A DNA stretch of 56,771 nt, the filler included, from Platydemus manokwari (Eukaryota), in NCBI GenBank assembly GCA_037951405.1. It is 5 parts of 5 records of this genome, joined end to end, with 100 filler letters (N's around TTAATTAATTAA, not from the genome) between each part and the next. Parts side by side here need not be neighbours in the genome. Positions count along the whole stretch, not along the records: positions 34,474 to 44,490 come from JBBMOY011179212.1; positions 44,591 to 56,771 come from JBBMOY010267782.1; 3 more parts are not named here. The stretch is one strand, 5' to 3'. This document shows, in pieces, positions 41,328 to 53,834 of this stretch; positions within the stretch are counted from its first letter, which is position 1; every line of letters starts with the position of its first letter. A program made the position numbers and the translations under genes. The notes under the pieces are model-generated. The model saw only the letters and a program-made list of their open reading frames with translations. It had not been told where the DNA came from and ran no database searches.

Positions 41328-42878
41328 ATGTACGAAAATTATAGATCTGATATCTTTGAAAAACTGCTCCAATTTGTTGGTCTCACCTATTTTGTAATTG
41401 GATTCTTTATGAATTATGCTTGGCTTTGTGCACAATTGGATTATCGATCAAGTAGCAATGATATTCTCGATTTTTGGGAACCGGTTGCAGGTATCACTGG
41501 AACGCTCAACTTGCTGCATGCATTATTAGTCGTCATTTACATTTTTCAAAATAGAAAAACGACATTCAATATCAAAAATTCAGATAGTAATACATTGTTT
41601 TATCTTGTAACTACTCCATTGTTTATAATTTCTATCGTTTATATATGCATCGTGATAGTGCGTGATAGCCTTGTGGTTAATGTATATGGATATTTTACAA
41701 TTGTGTTAAATATTGGAGAGCTGGCTCTGTACTGTGGAACAGCGTATCTGATTATCGCAATTAATTCCAAACAAGTTTTAATCACTACTACAAAACAAAG
41801 GCATGTCTTTCGATTTGTGATGCTAATTTCGATAATTGGAATGGCAACGTATTTCATCCATCATGTTCTTTCACAACAGGTTTTCAGTTTTGTGAGAGTG
41901 GCTTCCAATTATACTGAATATTCCAAATACTATGGGAAATCATTGATTAATAAAATTGGGAATCCATTTTCTTTCAACATTATCAAGCAATTCATGCAAC
42001 CAATAGTCATTTTATTTTGTTGCGTTACCACGATATACTTAATAATACTTAACAATATACAAATCAATAGAAATACTGAATCAAACATTGTCAATAACCA
42101 AGACGAATTAAGTCATTTAATGGAAACTGTAACGACTTGTCAATATCAAACTGAAGTGGAAAATGTATCTTCAAATTTGAATACGTTTCGATCTTTGCGA
42201 TTACCACCTTTTTCACTTATTTTTGGAATTCTACTGATTACAACTTCTATATTGATAATTATTATCACAAACTCTTTTATCAATTCGGAGTTTTTTGATG
42301 TTGCACAATTGTTATCGACAATCTTCTCTGCTATTCTGTATGTATTAGCCATCATCTTATTGTCGTTACAAATCAATGAAATGAAACGATGGCCATTATC
42401 GAAAAAAAATGAAAATTTGATTGACAAGATCCTGCTCTGTATTGGAATGTCAGGTCAGTTGGTTCTATTTTTAGCACAAATCCAATTAAATATTTTTAAA
42501 TTTTCTTCGATATTGTCTGCCAGTGGATTAATACAATTTATTTGTCTCTTTATACAAATTGGAATGCAATATATTGCTGTGACATTAGCATTCGATCGCA
42601 AATGTATCCCACCATCGATTAAAACATGGCAAGAATACATCTGTCCATCGATGGGAATACTGAGTATTAATTTGGGAATGCTCATATACAGTACCTTTGA
42701 TGTTCTTAATCCAAATTCTATTAATAAATTTTCCGATAAAAATAAGGATTGTCTATTTCTGAATTTATTTGGTGTAGGATTTCAATCATTTGGTGAAACG
42801 TTATCAATACTACAACGATTGCATTCGATATTAATTTTTGGAAAAATAATTATCATCACTAATCGAAAAAATGCTTAA
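41328..42878 (+). CDS. Divergent otopetrin-family multi-pass membrane protein (516 aa, intronless)
   Basis: About 12 hydrophobic segments in two halves. C-half motifs IDKILLCIGMSG, FIQIGMQ, ILSINLGMLIYSTFD and QRLHS resemble otopetrin LDxxLL, QxxxQ, NxxxW..TF and FYRFHS. AATAAA at 42962. Confidence 0.7.
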   Translation: MYENYRSDIFEKLLQFVGLTYFVIGFFMNYAWLCAQLDYRSSSNDILDFWEPVAGITGTLNLLHALLVVIYIFQNRKTTFNIKNSDSNTLFYLVTTPLFIISIVYICIVIVRDSLVVNVYGYFTIVLNIGELALYCGTAYLIIAINSKQVLITTTKQRHVFRFVMLISIIGMATYFIHHVLSQQVFSFVRVASNYTEYSKYYGKSLINKIGNPFSFNIIKQFMQPIVILFCCVTTIYLIILNNIQINRNTESNIVNNQDELSHLMETVTTCQYQTEVENVSSNLNTFRSLRLPPFSLIFGILLITTSILIIIITNSFINSEFFDVAQLLSTIFSAILYVLAIILLSLQINEMKRWPLSKKNENLIDKILLCIGMSGQLVLFLAQIQLNIFKFSSILSASGLIQFICLFIQIGMQYIAVTLAFDRKCIPPSIKTWQEYICPSMGILSINLGMLIYSTFDVLNPNSINKFSDKNKDCLFLNLFGVGFQSFGETLSILQRLHSILIFGKIIIITNRKNA

Positions 42879-44490
42879 AAGACAAAATTCCATATTAATT
42901 GATTATTTTAAGAAATGTTATTGAATAATTATTTTATGTTATTGTCTTATTATTTGAAATGAATAAATTTTTAATTTCTGGTTAAATTATGTGAAACAAA
43001 CTTAAATAAAAGGTTAATTAATCGAAATTTATTGACGCATACTGATGAATTTCGCCTTTTAAATAATAATTTCCCACTCCAGCCAGTGATGACAGTTGTA
43101 ACAATCACACAACACACAATTACAAGAGTTCTTCAATCTATTATTATAACTATTGTTACAATATAAATCACTCGATAATAATTTAGTAGATTTTAAGTTA
43201 CCTAATCACAAAAGTATGCGTCTAAAAATCACAGAGAGCCACTCCCAGGATGAAAGACATTCACACCAAGAATTATCGACCTTAAAATACTGGCAATTCT
43301 TTTCTCAAGAGTTGACTTTTTACGTTGTTGATTTTTAAATTTAAATCGCTTTTTCTGGATGTAAACTATTTGAAAATCATAATCAAATCAGAGAGTGGTA
43401 ACTTCATTGGTTATTAGTGCGCATGTCGATTTTGCTCACGCGTCTCAACTTCTTGAAGGTTGTTCCAATCCTTTTAATAAGAATTTCTAGTTCATTTACC
43501 TCAAACCTCACACTAGAATCATCCAAGATGATTCCAAGAGTTCTCAAACACAAGAAAAAATAATTAACTTCCTTATTTAAATTACGATGTGAGGTGTAAC
43601 CACTGGAACCGGTAGTCTTCAGGAGACTCGATCGTATGGTGATAAATCATAAAAAATATATAAATATTGCTTTAATTTGATTTTATGATTAATGTCTTCA
43701 ATAGTCAACACTCTCTTAAGACAGAGAGAGGGTTAATTAACAAAATATTAAATATGAATAAATCAGAATAATTTACGATAAATATACACATAATATTCCA
43801 ACATCAATTATTTCCCACGTATTTTTGGAAGTGAAACCAAAAGCAACAGAAAAAGTTAAAATGGGAGAGGATAAAAATAAATTTATTTTAAATTAAAATC
43901 ATACACAATTAATCATAACTTTAATTAATTGGACGTTTGAGATTAGACTCCTCCAATCTTAGTAAAATTATCAATTTTAAATTAAATTAAATACTTAAAT
44001 CTAAGCAACAAATGTAAATTCAAATTACTAATCAAAACAAAATGAAAAAGTGTAATAACAATGTTTACTAACATTCAGTTAAACTTATACAACAATAAAC
44101 ATGAATATTTATGAAATTAATTATAGCTAGATAGCCTATCTACAACATTTACTACATGAATTCTATAAATGTCAGTCTATAAATATTGTTTGATGTCATA
44201 CAATATTTAAATTCTAGTTTTCTTTAATAAACACATTTCTGATTGTTTAATGCTTTGCTGATTTATCATTGAAGTTTCATTTTATCAAGTATTTGAACAA
44301 TTATTGAGTGTATTTGGTTATTAAATTACTTGTTCATGTCCAATGTTCAATTGATTCAGTTAATATTTTATTATTAGTGATTTATACTTAATTCATTAAA
44401 TATGAATAAAACATATAAAATTGATATTTTAAGGAAATTATTAAATTTTACCATTATGATCTTCTTCGTTATTGGATTTCTCAAGAATTA

Positions 44491-44590
44491 NNNNNNNNNN
44501 NNNNNNNNNNNNNNNNNNNNNNNNNNNNNNNNNNTTAATTAATTAANNNNNNNNNNNNNNNNNNNNNNNNNNNNNNNNNNNNNNNNNNNN
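44491..44590. other. Assembly gap with artificial linker
   Basis: N44-TTAATTAATTAA-N44. Confidence 0.98.
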
Positions 44591-45249
44591 AATTGTACAA
44601 GATTTTCTTTAATAAACACTCAATTGTTCTAAAAAAATTCCGGTTTTTAAGTTATAGACCCAATAATAAATTATAGGTTGAAAAATTATTAATAAATTAT
44701 CACCAAATAATCCAACTCAGCAGGTTTCCATCAATATTAAAACGACCTTTTGGTTTGGATACAATTTTATTAGATAAAAAAAAGAAAAATAATTACATAC
44801 TTATACAATGATTTTATACACGACATAAGTTCTGGTTACAACTCCTGGAAAAGCTTGTAGTTAATGAATTTCAAAATTTGCACAAGAATAGTTTCTTCTT
44901 TTTCATCTTTAATTAGTTTATTAAGAGACTGCTTTAAATAGATTCCTTAGATTAATTGACAACTAAAATTCCTCTCGGTAAAGTGGATTAATCTGTGGGG
45001 GTATTTTGCTTGGTTCCGAAAATTAATCAATAACATTGAATTGCCACTGTGAAATTTTCCAACAATGAGACTTTTCGAGAGTAATGAGCTTAATGAACAT
45101 TAGTTGTGGGCTTTTGTTGCAGTGACTGTGAGCGTAATTTTGATTCACAACTGTTCTTTTATTCTATTCTTTTCTTCTTTTTTGACTAATCATCTTTTTA
45201 TTATTATTGTATTTTATTTAGTCTATTTTTAGGTTACTATGGCAACTTT

Positions 45250-47575
45250 GGTTTTATTTTTAGAATTATTTAATTATATTTATGTTTTCTATTTTTAAGA
45301 GGAATGTAGCATCTAGCTTTTAAAAAAATTATATGCTTTTATTATTACTTGTATTGGGATATTTCGGTACCCAACAATATACACAACACACATTTGGAGC
45401 TTTCTGTATTAAGATTTGTCTCGTTTCTTGTTAACATTGCGAATTTGCATTGTTAGTTTTGCTATGCAGTGTTGGTAATTAAATTGAACGCTCGTTTCCA
45501 CAAAAAGTTGTCATTTTACTCTGATTGGTTTGGGCATATATTGGTTGTGAAGGCATCCTTCAGGAAGGCAGTGATTAGGAAGCCCGAGATGAAGGTTGTC
45601 TGTGATTTTTTCAGGCCTATACTTGATAGGACTTTGTTATTTTTTTATTCCAGGATCTATTGAACTCCGACATAGATAACATCTAGACTGGTGTTGAATC
45701 GCGATTTCTTGCTTATTTCAACCGCGATATTTCAGTATTTTTCGTCATTCAGATTCCGATGTTGTTCAAAATTATCCATTATATCAGTAGGCATTTTTAG
45801 ATCAACGATGTAGACATGGTACTTGATCTTATTCCTGGTGATAAGGTCTGATCTCAGTTTTGTAGTTGATTTTTGTGGTGTAGAATCAACATCGAGGAAA
45901 CTAAGCGGAGGTACAAGATTGATTTATTCAATTTGATAAAGTATTATGTAAGATTCAGCAAGAGAGATTGTTGCATGTGTGGTGGGTAAAAATCCCAGCT
46001 TCCTGCAATAAATTGAAAGTTTTTAAAGGTTTTGTGATAAGTTTGGAGAGAGAAGCAGTTACCAGTCTGCCCTGCTTTTTCATGGTTGCCTATTCGTTAA
46101 AGAAATTCATTGATCCCGAGTCGTGAAGGATGTCACACAGTTTCCCGTGATTGTCCTTTGAGAGGAAGTAAGTCTTATCCGGGTTGACAGTTATCTCCAA
46201 TTGAATTTCTGTGTCGCAGTGACTGATTTTGACATCAATTTTGAGCTTCTTTAGTTTCGGGTTTGGGTACATCAGGTTGCTTTTGTGCTTTTTTATTAGA
46301 GGCGATTTTATCAGAGATGCAGTACAATGCTGTGGTTAAGTCTGAAGCATCCAGTAGCCTGTATTTGAAAAGGTCAAGTAGATATTGGATTATAAAAGTT
46401 CTGAATTCCTGGTTCGGACTTTTCAGAAATTTGAAGGCGCAGACGATGCTTTGGATACAATATTCCACTAAAGAAGTAGTTAGGCTAAATCCATCCAGTT
46501 TTGTTGGAGCGTATAGATAAAAATTGTTGCTTAATTTCGAATGGTCTAGCTTTAAAATGTTTCGACAGATGGCGCGGATTTTCTTATCAAATTATTACAC
46601 TGGTTCTTCGTCTCCGTTTGTGATGAGAGTCCAGGAATCTAGTGTCTTTGTTTTGACTTGTTGTATCCTGAAATGGAATATCAGCTTTGAGTGTAAAAAG
46701 ATATTGTAAGGTTGGAATTTCTGTGATGGATGTCGTTTTTTATTCTGCTATTACTTCAAAGTTGGTAAAAATTGATTGAAGAATATCATTGCTAGTAGAT
46801 GTTTTGGAAGACCAAATGGGACTCCTATATATTTATACAAATTGGTGCTATGCACAATTGGCACAAATTCGTCGAAAATTATAAGATCAATTCTGTCTAA
46901 AAAGTTTTTGGTGAACTATCCACATTTGTTGACATTGATGTATAGATGAATATCGGTAGTAAAATAAATAAGATGCTTCAGTCTTTGTTCTAAGTTCTCA
47001 GCGGGATTTGGCAGAATGGCTATATCATTGGTGTAGGCTAATATCCGGCATTGATTACCATGTTTTGTTAGAGACTCCAGGAGTTTTGTGGATAATTTGA
47101 TTGGGTAATCAGTTGAAAGGCAAAAAATAATGTCATTGGAAGACGACATCCTTGTTTGACACCACTATATATATTGATATTGGTGATGTCTTCAGCTGAT
47201 CGCAAGAATAAGTTGATTTGGTATCCTTATGGAAGGCTTTTATCACGTGGATGTAGTACTCCTATTTGTTGAAGTTATACTAGATGACCTCACGAGGTAA
47301 GCTTGGGTATGTGTCTTTACAGCCGATCCAGCACATATAAATGTCTTTGTTGTGTTGCACTGCGTATTCTGAAAGGGGAAATAGATATGCGTTGTGTGTT
47401 TGCATCCGTCAGAGGCAAACATTGCCTTTTGGTTTTGAGATATTAGGTTGCCGAGTCAACCCATTTGAGTAAGCGGAGATTTAAAATCGCGGTGAATATC
47501 CGGCATGAGGTATCAGTCAAGGCGATCGGTCTCCATGATGTAATGATATTTGCACACAGCTGCTTTAGTTTCTTA
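45250..47575 (-). mobile_element. Degenerate RLE-type non-LTR retrotransposon (RT plus restriction-like endonuclease)
   Basis: WRPIALTDTSCRIFTAILNLRL, SGVKQGCRLP, ILAYTNDIAI (mutated YADD), YKYIGVP, KLRSDLI.....VYIVDLK (PD..D nuclease); many stops and frameshifts. Confidence 0.85.
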
Positions 47576-48047
47576 AATCTATGGTAAAATATTAATCTCT
47601 TTAAAATGTAACATACATACACACATATGTATATATGCAGACTTTTTATGCGAAGCACTATCTCAAAATCATCAATAAGATTGACATCATTATGAAATAA
47701 ACAAACATTCATGTGATATATAACAAGTGACAATTGTTAGTCTCACACCTTAGAGGAATCTAAATTGAAAATTTGAAAATCACTAGGATCAAATCTTATG
47801 TGTGGAAAAGATTTATCGACAAGAAATAAAACAAAAAACTAGTCATCTTGGTCGGTTATTCGTCATTGGTAATTGAATTACTTTGTACGCTTGCATCCAA
47901 TTTTGTGAGAACAATTGTTACTTGTATCACTGCTCAAATGTTATTTTAATAATAAATTTATGAAATCAAAGTTGCCATTTTTGTAATTCAAATTGATAAC
48001 AAAAGATACATTTAAGACTTGTATCTTTTTGAAAGTGTGATCTACAC

Positions 48048-48152
48048 CAAGGGTGGCCAACCAGTCGATCTTGAAGCCAATTTTAGTCTATCAAATGAGA
48101 TGTTATTCAAATGAAAAGTCGATCTTACGTACACGAAAGTTGGCCACCTCTG
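48048..48152. mobile_element. 105-bp hAT-derived MITE
   Basis: 14-bp TIRs CAAGGGTGGCCAAC / CAGAGGTGGCCAAC (12/14); 8-bp TSD ATCTACAC / ACCTACAC. Confidence 0.85.
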
Positions 48153-48627
48153 ACCTACACTATGCCATTGATGTTTTTGCGTCGATTTGTTTTAGTTTTA
48201 ATTAAATTCAAAATTTTATGACTCAGTGCACATCAATGTTACTTTTTTTGCAAATCATTTTAAAAAAGGGAACAGTTTTATTTATTTCAAATTAATTTTA
48301 AATAATCTTCGTTGTTTGTTTCCATCAATAATTGTTGAAATAATTAATTGGAATTAATAACAGCAATTAAGAAGTCTATTTTGAATTCAAAGTTGACATA
48401 TTATATTTGCAAAGTGTATTCAGTGACAAAATTTCAAGTAAGCCAAAATAAAAATTTCTTAAGATTAAAATTCATAATATTTTAAAAATAAATTCAAACA
48501 TAAAACCAATAGTTTCCGTTGCTAAATTGTAATTTTAAATTAATTCACCGTTTAAGTTTCAACTAAATAAATTAAGATTGAAATCAAAATATGTATTGAA
48601 AAACATATTTTTGATATTTTTAATCAA

Positions 48628-48701
48628 GTATTCTCGATTTCATCAGCAAATTTGGACATATATGTTTATGTTTACCAGATTTGCGTCATATATGAGAACA
48701 C
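48628..48701 (-). promoter_or_regulatory. SECIS element (type II) of selenoprotein F
   Basis: GTGTTCTC-ATAT-ATGAC-GCAAATCTGG-TAA-ACATA..TATGT-CCAAATTTGC-TGAT-GAAATC-GAGAATAC: helix I, AUGA/GA quartet, helix II, unpaired AA and apical mini-stem. Confidence 0.93.
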
Positions 48702-48707
48702 ATCTCC

Positions 48708-49207
48708 TTACAAAAGACGTTCTTCAAAAAATTCAATAATTGTGTCAGTATCCCATTTTTCTATCCCAAGCTCTTCAACCATAATCTTGTTCTCATCTAA
48801 CAACCTGATAACAGGATCAGAACCACGAACGTAGCTTATTTCAACATTAGGGAATTGCGCAACTTTAGCGCTTTTAACAAACGCTTGAATTTGCGGATAT
48901 CGACCTAACTGTCACCCACATACAACTAATTTCGCATAAGGGTATTTCACTGTTTTAGATTCTGTGGAATTTTTGTCACAACAAGACAAACATGAGGACT
49001 GAATGGATAATAAATTAAAATTCTTCAATTCTGAACATCGTGAGCATTTAAGATCTGATGTAAATCCGGATGATTTACAATTAAATGACTCGGAAAACAC
49101 TGAACTCTGCATTAAAATAATAAAAATAAGCAATGTTTATAAGATTTAATAATGCTTACGATAAAGTAAAAAAATGACGAAACAAAAATATATGATAACT
49201 CTTTCAT
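48708..49207 (-). CDS. SELENOF: Selenoprotein F (Sep15), 148 aa, Sec at TGA 48912-48914
   Basis: Exon 1 49160-49207 (MKELSYIFVSSFFYFI), 53-nt GT-AG intron, exon 2 48708-49106. Cys-rich domain, then VVCG-U-QLGRYPQIQAFVKS...YVRGSDPVIRLLD...EELGIEKWDTDTIIEFFEERLL*. Confidence 0.95.
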
Positions 49208-50444
49208 TACCAACTTATTTTGACGTTGATCATAATTCAAACAAATTTGTTTATATAAAATTAGTCATAATATTAAAACTTCGACTTTGTAAAATCAATT
49301 AAAATCTATACAGAAATATCTATATTGAAATTTTTATTTTGTAGCACTTCATAATTATGCATAAATTATTCATAAAGTACTGAATGTCGTTGGGTTATTT
49401 TTAATCTTGAATTTTAATTGATGATATTAAAGATCGTGTAAAATTTGAAAGCTTGTCAATACAAACTATCATGAAGTACATTTAACCATACATATCAATT
49501 AGTTATTGACAAATAATTAATAAGTTTTAGAATTTATTTTCATTTTAATATTATTTACTTCTTATAGTGCAATAATTAATATATATTAAATTAAAATCTG
49601 AAACTTTTGTTAACAGATTAGTTTCAAGCAAACTAAAAAAATTTACCATAGATTTTATTTTAATTATTCCATTACCATTAAAAAGTAATTTTACTATTAT
49701 TTAAAATGAAAATTTTTGTGCAATTCATCTCAACCTTAACTTAAATGGATTGGAACTATTCCAATCATTCTAATAATTAAAATCTATAACAACCAAGAGA
49801 GTTGCTGGTACTTATAGGCATAACATTTAGCTAGCTAATTAACGATTAGGACTCTTGCTGCGCAAGCACAGGAGACTTAAATCTAATGTTATAAAGAACA
49901 ATAGATTTGTTTATTAACGTTAATTAATACCTGATAACTGTAGCAAATCTAAATTTCAATTTTCTCAATCTTCTTTTCCATTTTCAGATTATAAGAAACT
50001 AATGAATAAACTCTAACTCTCTCAATCCTCAAGCTACTCTCAATATAAACACCTGCAATCCTCCTCAACAGAAACAAGCTATCAGAGATCACAATATTCA
50101 AACAAATCCTAATTCTCAAGGGCTTTGAATCCAAAACAATCCAAATTCTCAAAGATCTCGTATTGAAAAGTCGACATCAACGAATAGCATATTTTATTTT
50201 GATTAGGACTTTATGATCTTATGATATTTGCAGGTGACATTGCAACATTATTTGACTTCAACTAATAACTAACGTAGATAATTTTATTCTGAATTATTAA
50301 TGAATTTGGCTATAATTTTATTCTGAATTATTAATGAATAAACTCATTATTGAATCTTTTTCGCTGAACTTTGAGTTAGACTATGGAATTATTATTACTG
50401 TTATAAAAATAGTTGTATTGGGATAATAAGGAAATAACTAAATC

Positions 50445-51812
50445 ATACTAATATCTACGGCTTTGTGTGCCAATTTTTATGACAATTGTATTATATGTGC
50501 ATTAATTTTTATTACATTAATTTTTTTTAATCAATGTGTATTTTTTACGACTTGGAGTGATTTAGTAAAATCAGTTTGAAATCATATTTATAAAATAATA
50601 TATTGAATGTTTATAATAATTATTATCCATAAATATTTAAAATAATAATACCCGAAAAACTTCATTGAAGCAAATCCTTTGAATTCCATAAATAATGAAT
50701 TTATTCATAAAATAACAACCCGTAATATATTATCGCACAACAACACTGGCAAATAAATCGTCCCATATTACTGCGCTCAATAAATATAATGAATAAATAA
50801 AATATTGAGCTTATTGGATTTAATTAGAGAGAAATTATGTCAGCGATAAATAAATTTCATCGAGAAAACGATAAATGGATGGCATTAAATTTAATTGCAG
50901 AAAATATTCTCATCACGTTACTACAATTGTTATACACGGAGATAGAACACGTTATTTTGCAATCAAAAACAGTACTAGATAAGAATATTCAGTGTCGAAG
51001 ATTAGGACTTCCTATATGCCCAACATTTTATTTGAAGTCCCTACAATAAGATATATTTGCTCTTTGAGCAACAAACTTGATAATAAGATTAAAACTATAC
51101 TATATATAACATGAATCAGTATTTTACACAAATCGATCTTACTATGGTCTTCCAGTAAAATACCGAGTATATACGGGAATATTGTTCTTCTGAAGCAGAT
51201 GATGTAACTTCTCCAATTGATGCGTATAACAGGGTCTTAGCAAATTTGAAATTGTGGGACAAATTAATTGTGACCGCTGCCTTATATAGGTAGTGTGAAC
51301 CACTCGCAGATATTCTTTGCGATTAAATTTAATGCCAGTGTATTTTTTATTTTCTTACTGGAATTTATTTATCAGAGAGAGAAATTCCCTCCAATTAAAT
51401 TTATTTCACAGAGAAATATTTTCTCTGATTTAATTTCACTGACGGAATATTTTATTCAGTGATCGAATTTATGAATGAGATAATTTATTTGTCGATGTTA
51501 TTGCGTGATATTATATTGCATGTTGTTATTTTATGAATTCATTTTTTATTTAAGGTATTTAATGGATTTTTATTCCATGGGAATTTTCGGGTGTTATTAT
51601 TTTAGATATTTACAGATCATAATTATTTTATAAATATAATTTTAAACTAGGTTCACACAAGTGTTCCAATAATTGTTCAGTCATAAAAAACTGAAGCTGA
51701 TTAAATAAAAATTAATACAATAAAAATTGCTGCACATTTCGTACGTATTGTCATGCATAAAAATAAAATTGTTATAAAAATTGTTATACAAAGTTGCACG
51801 AAGTTTTAGTCT
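50445..51812. mobile_element. Foldback-like element: diverged inverted arms of about 450-500 bp around a 400-bp spacer
   Basis: GGCATTAAATTTAATTGCA (50881) vs TGCGATTAAATTTAATGCC (about 51318); ATAATAATACCCGAAAA (50642) vs TTTTCGGGTGTTATTAT (about 51584); TTCATAAAATAACAAC vs GTTGTTATTTTATGAA. The matches are colinear. Confidence 0.75.
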
Positions 51813-53834
51813 ATCGTCAATTATTTGGTCGAAATCCTAAGATATGTATTATTAAATAATAGGGATCTATACTCGAGAATATATTCGTAAATTCAAAGAT
51901 GTAAATTCACAAATATCAAAATAATAAATAATGAAAACAATGAAACTGTTAAGTTTAGAATTACTCTAACTTAACGGCATGGTCTTATTCTGATAATCTG
52001 ACTCCTATTCAAAATTTGGTACACACTAGGTAAAGACAACTTTCTGATTAAGTTATATTTATATAATAATTAACACCGAAATAAATAACATCGAGGGAAG
52101 ACAAGTCCATAAAAATTCATGTTAATAAGGCTAGGACTAAGTCCCAACACTATGTTGAATACCTTGGCTCAGAATCTACTCCTAGATAATATTACACAAT
52201 AATTCTTTACTATACGGACTAGCGCGCTCCCAATACCAAAACAAAGTACTTCTAAGATATTTTTAATCCCGTACAACTACAGCGTTACTACAGCACGAAC
52301 ACATTTATTTCTTCTAATTATCGGATATGGTCGGTAATTGCTATTATTTTCCACAAATTCCATATTTGCATTTTTGATATTTAATTTAACTCTTTAAAAA
52401 TATTTTATTTTCTATATTTCGTAATTAATAGCAATATAATTACATTTCATTTAAATATCTTTTTTTTGCTTTATCTTTATTGTTTATTTTTGAACTCATC
52501 AAAACAAATATTTTATTAGTGATGAGCTGTATTTTTACCAGTATAGAATAAAGAAGAAAAATTACTCATTGGTTTTTAAACATATTAAAATTGCACTTCA
52601 CGTGTACTTTACTCCGCCTAAAATATCTGATTATTTTACTCTGCTCCTTTATTTAACATAAATTTACTAATGGTAAATTGGTAAACGACCTTCAACACAC
52701 AAAAACCAATCAAATCCGCTCATTCTTTTCCAACGCTTAAGCCCTACCATAAAAATACAATTGTAAAAATCCTAAAGGCTACATCCAAAATAAATAATTA
52801 TTGACTATTAATTACGTAATTAGGAACATTATAATTAAGTGCCATTTTACATTTATAAAGTATTATAAAATGGGTACACTTTTCATTAATACTGTGAAAT
52901 TTTCCAACATTTCCTATACCATCTTTGACCAAAATATAATCGATCGAAGAGATTGTTGACCTTTATTAAACACATTAAGTTCATAATCGCCCTAGGCTGG
53001 TGTATAACCAGTATAAATAATCAATAAATTATATAAAAACTTTTAAAGCAATATTTGTTGATAAATATCAAAAATGGGAGTTGATCTATTTACAATATAT
53101 TACACCGAAAGAATTATTAATCAAATAAAAATAATATTGGGATAATTTACAGTCACAATAGATAAATTTAATTAACGAATTATTTTCGAAATTATTCATG
53201 ATTCAAAATGATCGATAAAGCTTCATGACGATCAGGCACGTTGTCATAACACACATTAATGGCTTAGCAAATTTGGAGAGAATTTCAATCAATTTTGTAT
53301 GGACATATTATTGATTGTCAACTCAATCAAATTGTCAAGTCCACACAAAACTCTTATAATTGGTTTATTAAATATTTTAATCAAAAGTTCATTTTGCATT
53401 TTTCTATTCAAATAATTTTAGATTTCTTCAGAAAACAAATTAACAATTATCAAATATCTTGAGAATAACTGATGATTAATTATGGAGAAATTATTCAGAA
53501 AAATCAGTTCCGTTTGATATATTAATCTAATGCTTGGATTCTCCTGTTTGGAAAGAGTGAATTTAAACAAAAATAATCAATTTAAGATTTCCAGTTATAA
53601 AAATATAATTTATCTCTGAATTATTTTATTTGTAAAACTGGAAATCTGAAATTGTTTATTTTGTTTAAATTGACCATTTCAAAAAGTTACAATTTTGTAA
53701 CAACTTATTACCAAATATATGCTAAGGGAATAAATCAATACAAACAAATGAAAACAAGATAATTTATATTTTTAAATTCGAATACAATTCAAGACATAAA
53801 TGAGAACAAATCAATGTACAGATTGTTGAGAATA

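Noticed and set aside
38479-42685. Short ORFs overlapping TRIT1 and otopetrin
   Set aside because: Alternate-frame or antisense shadows with no motifs
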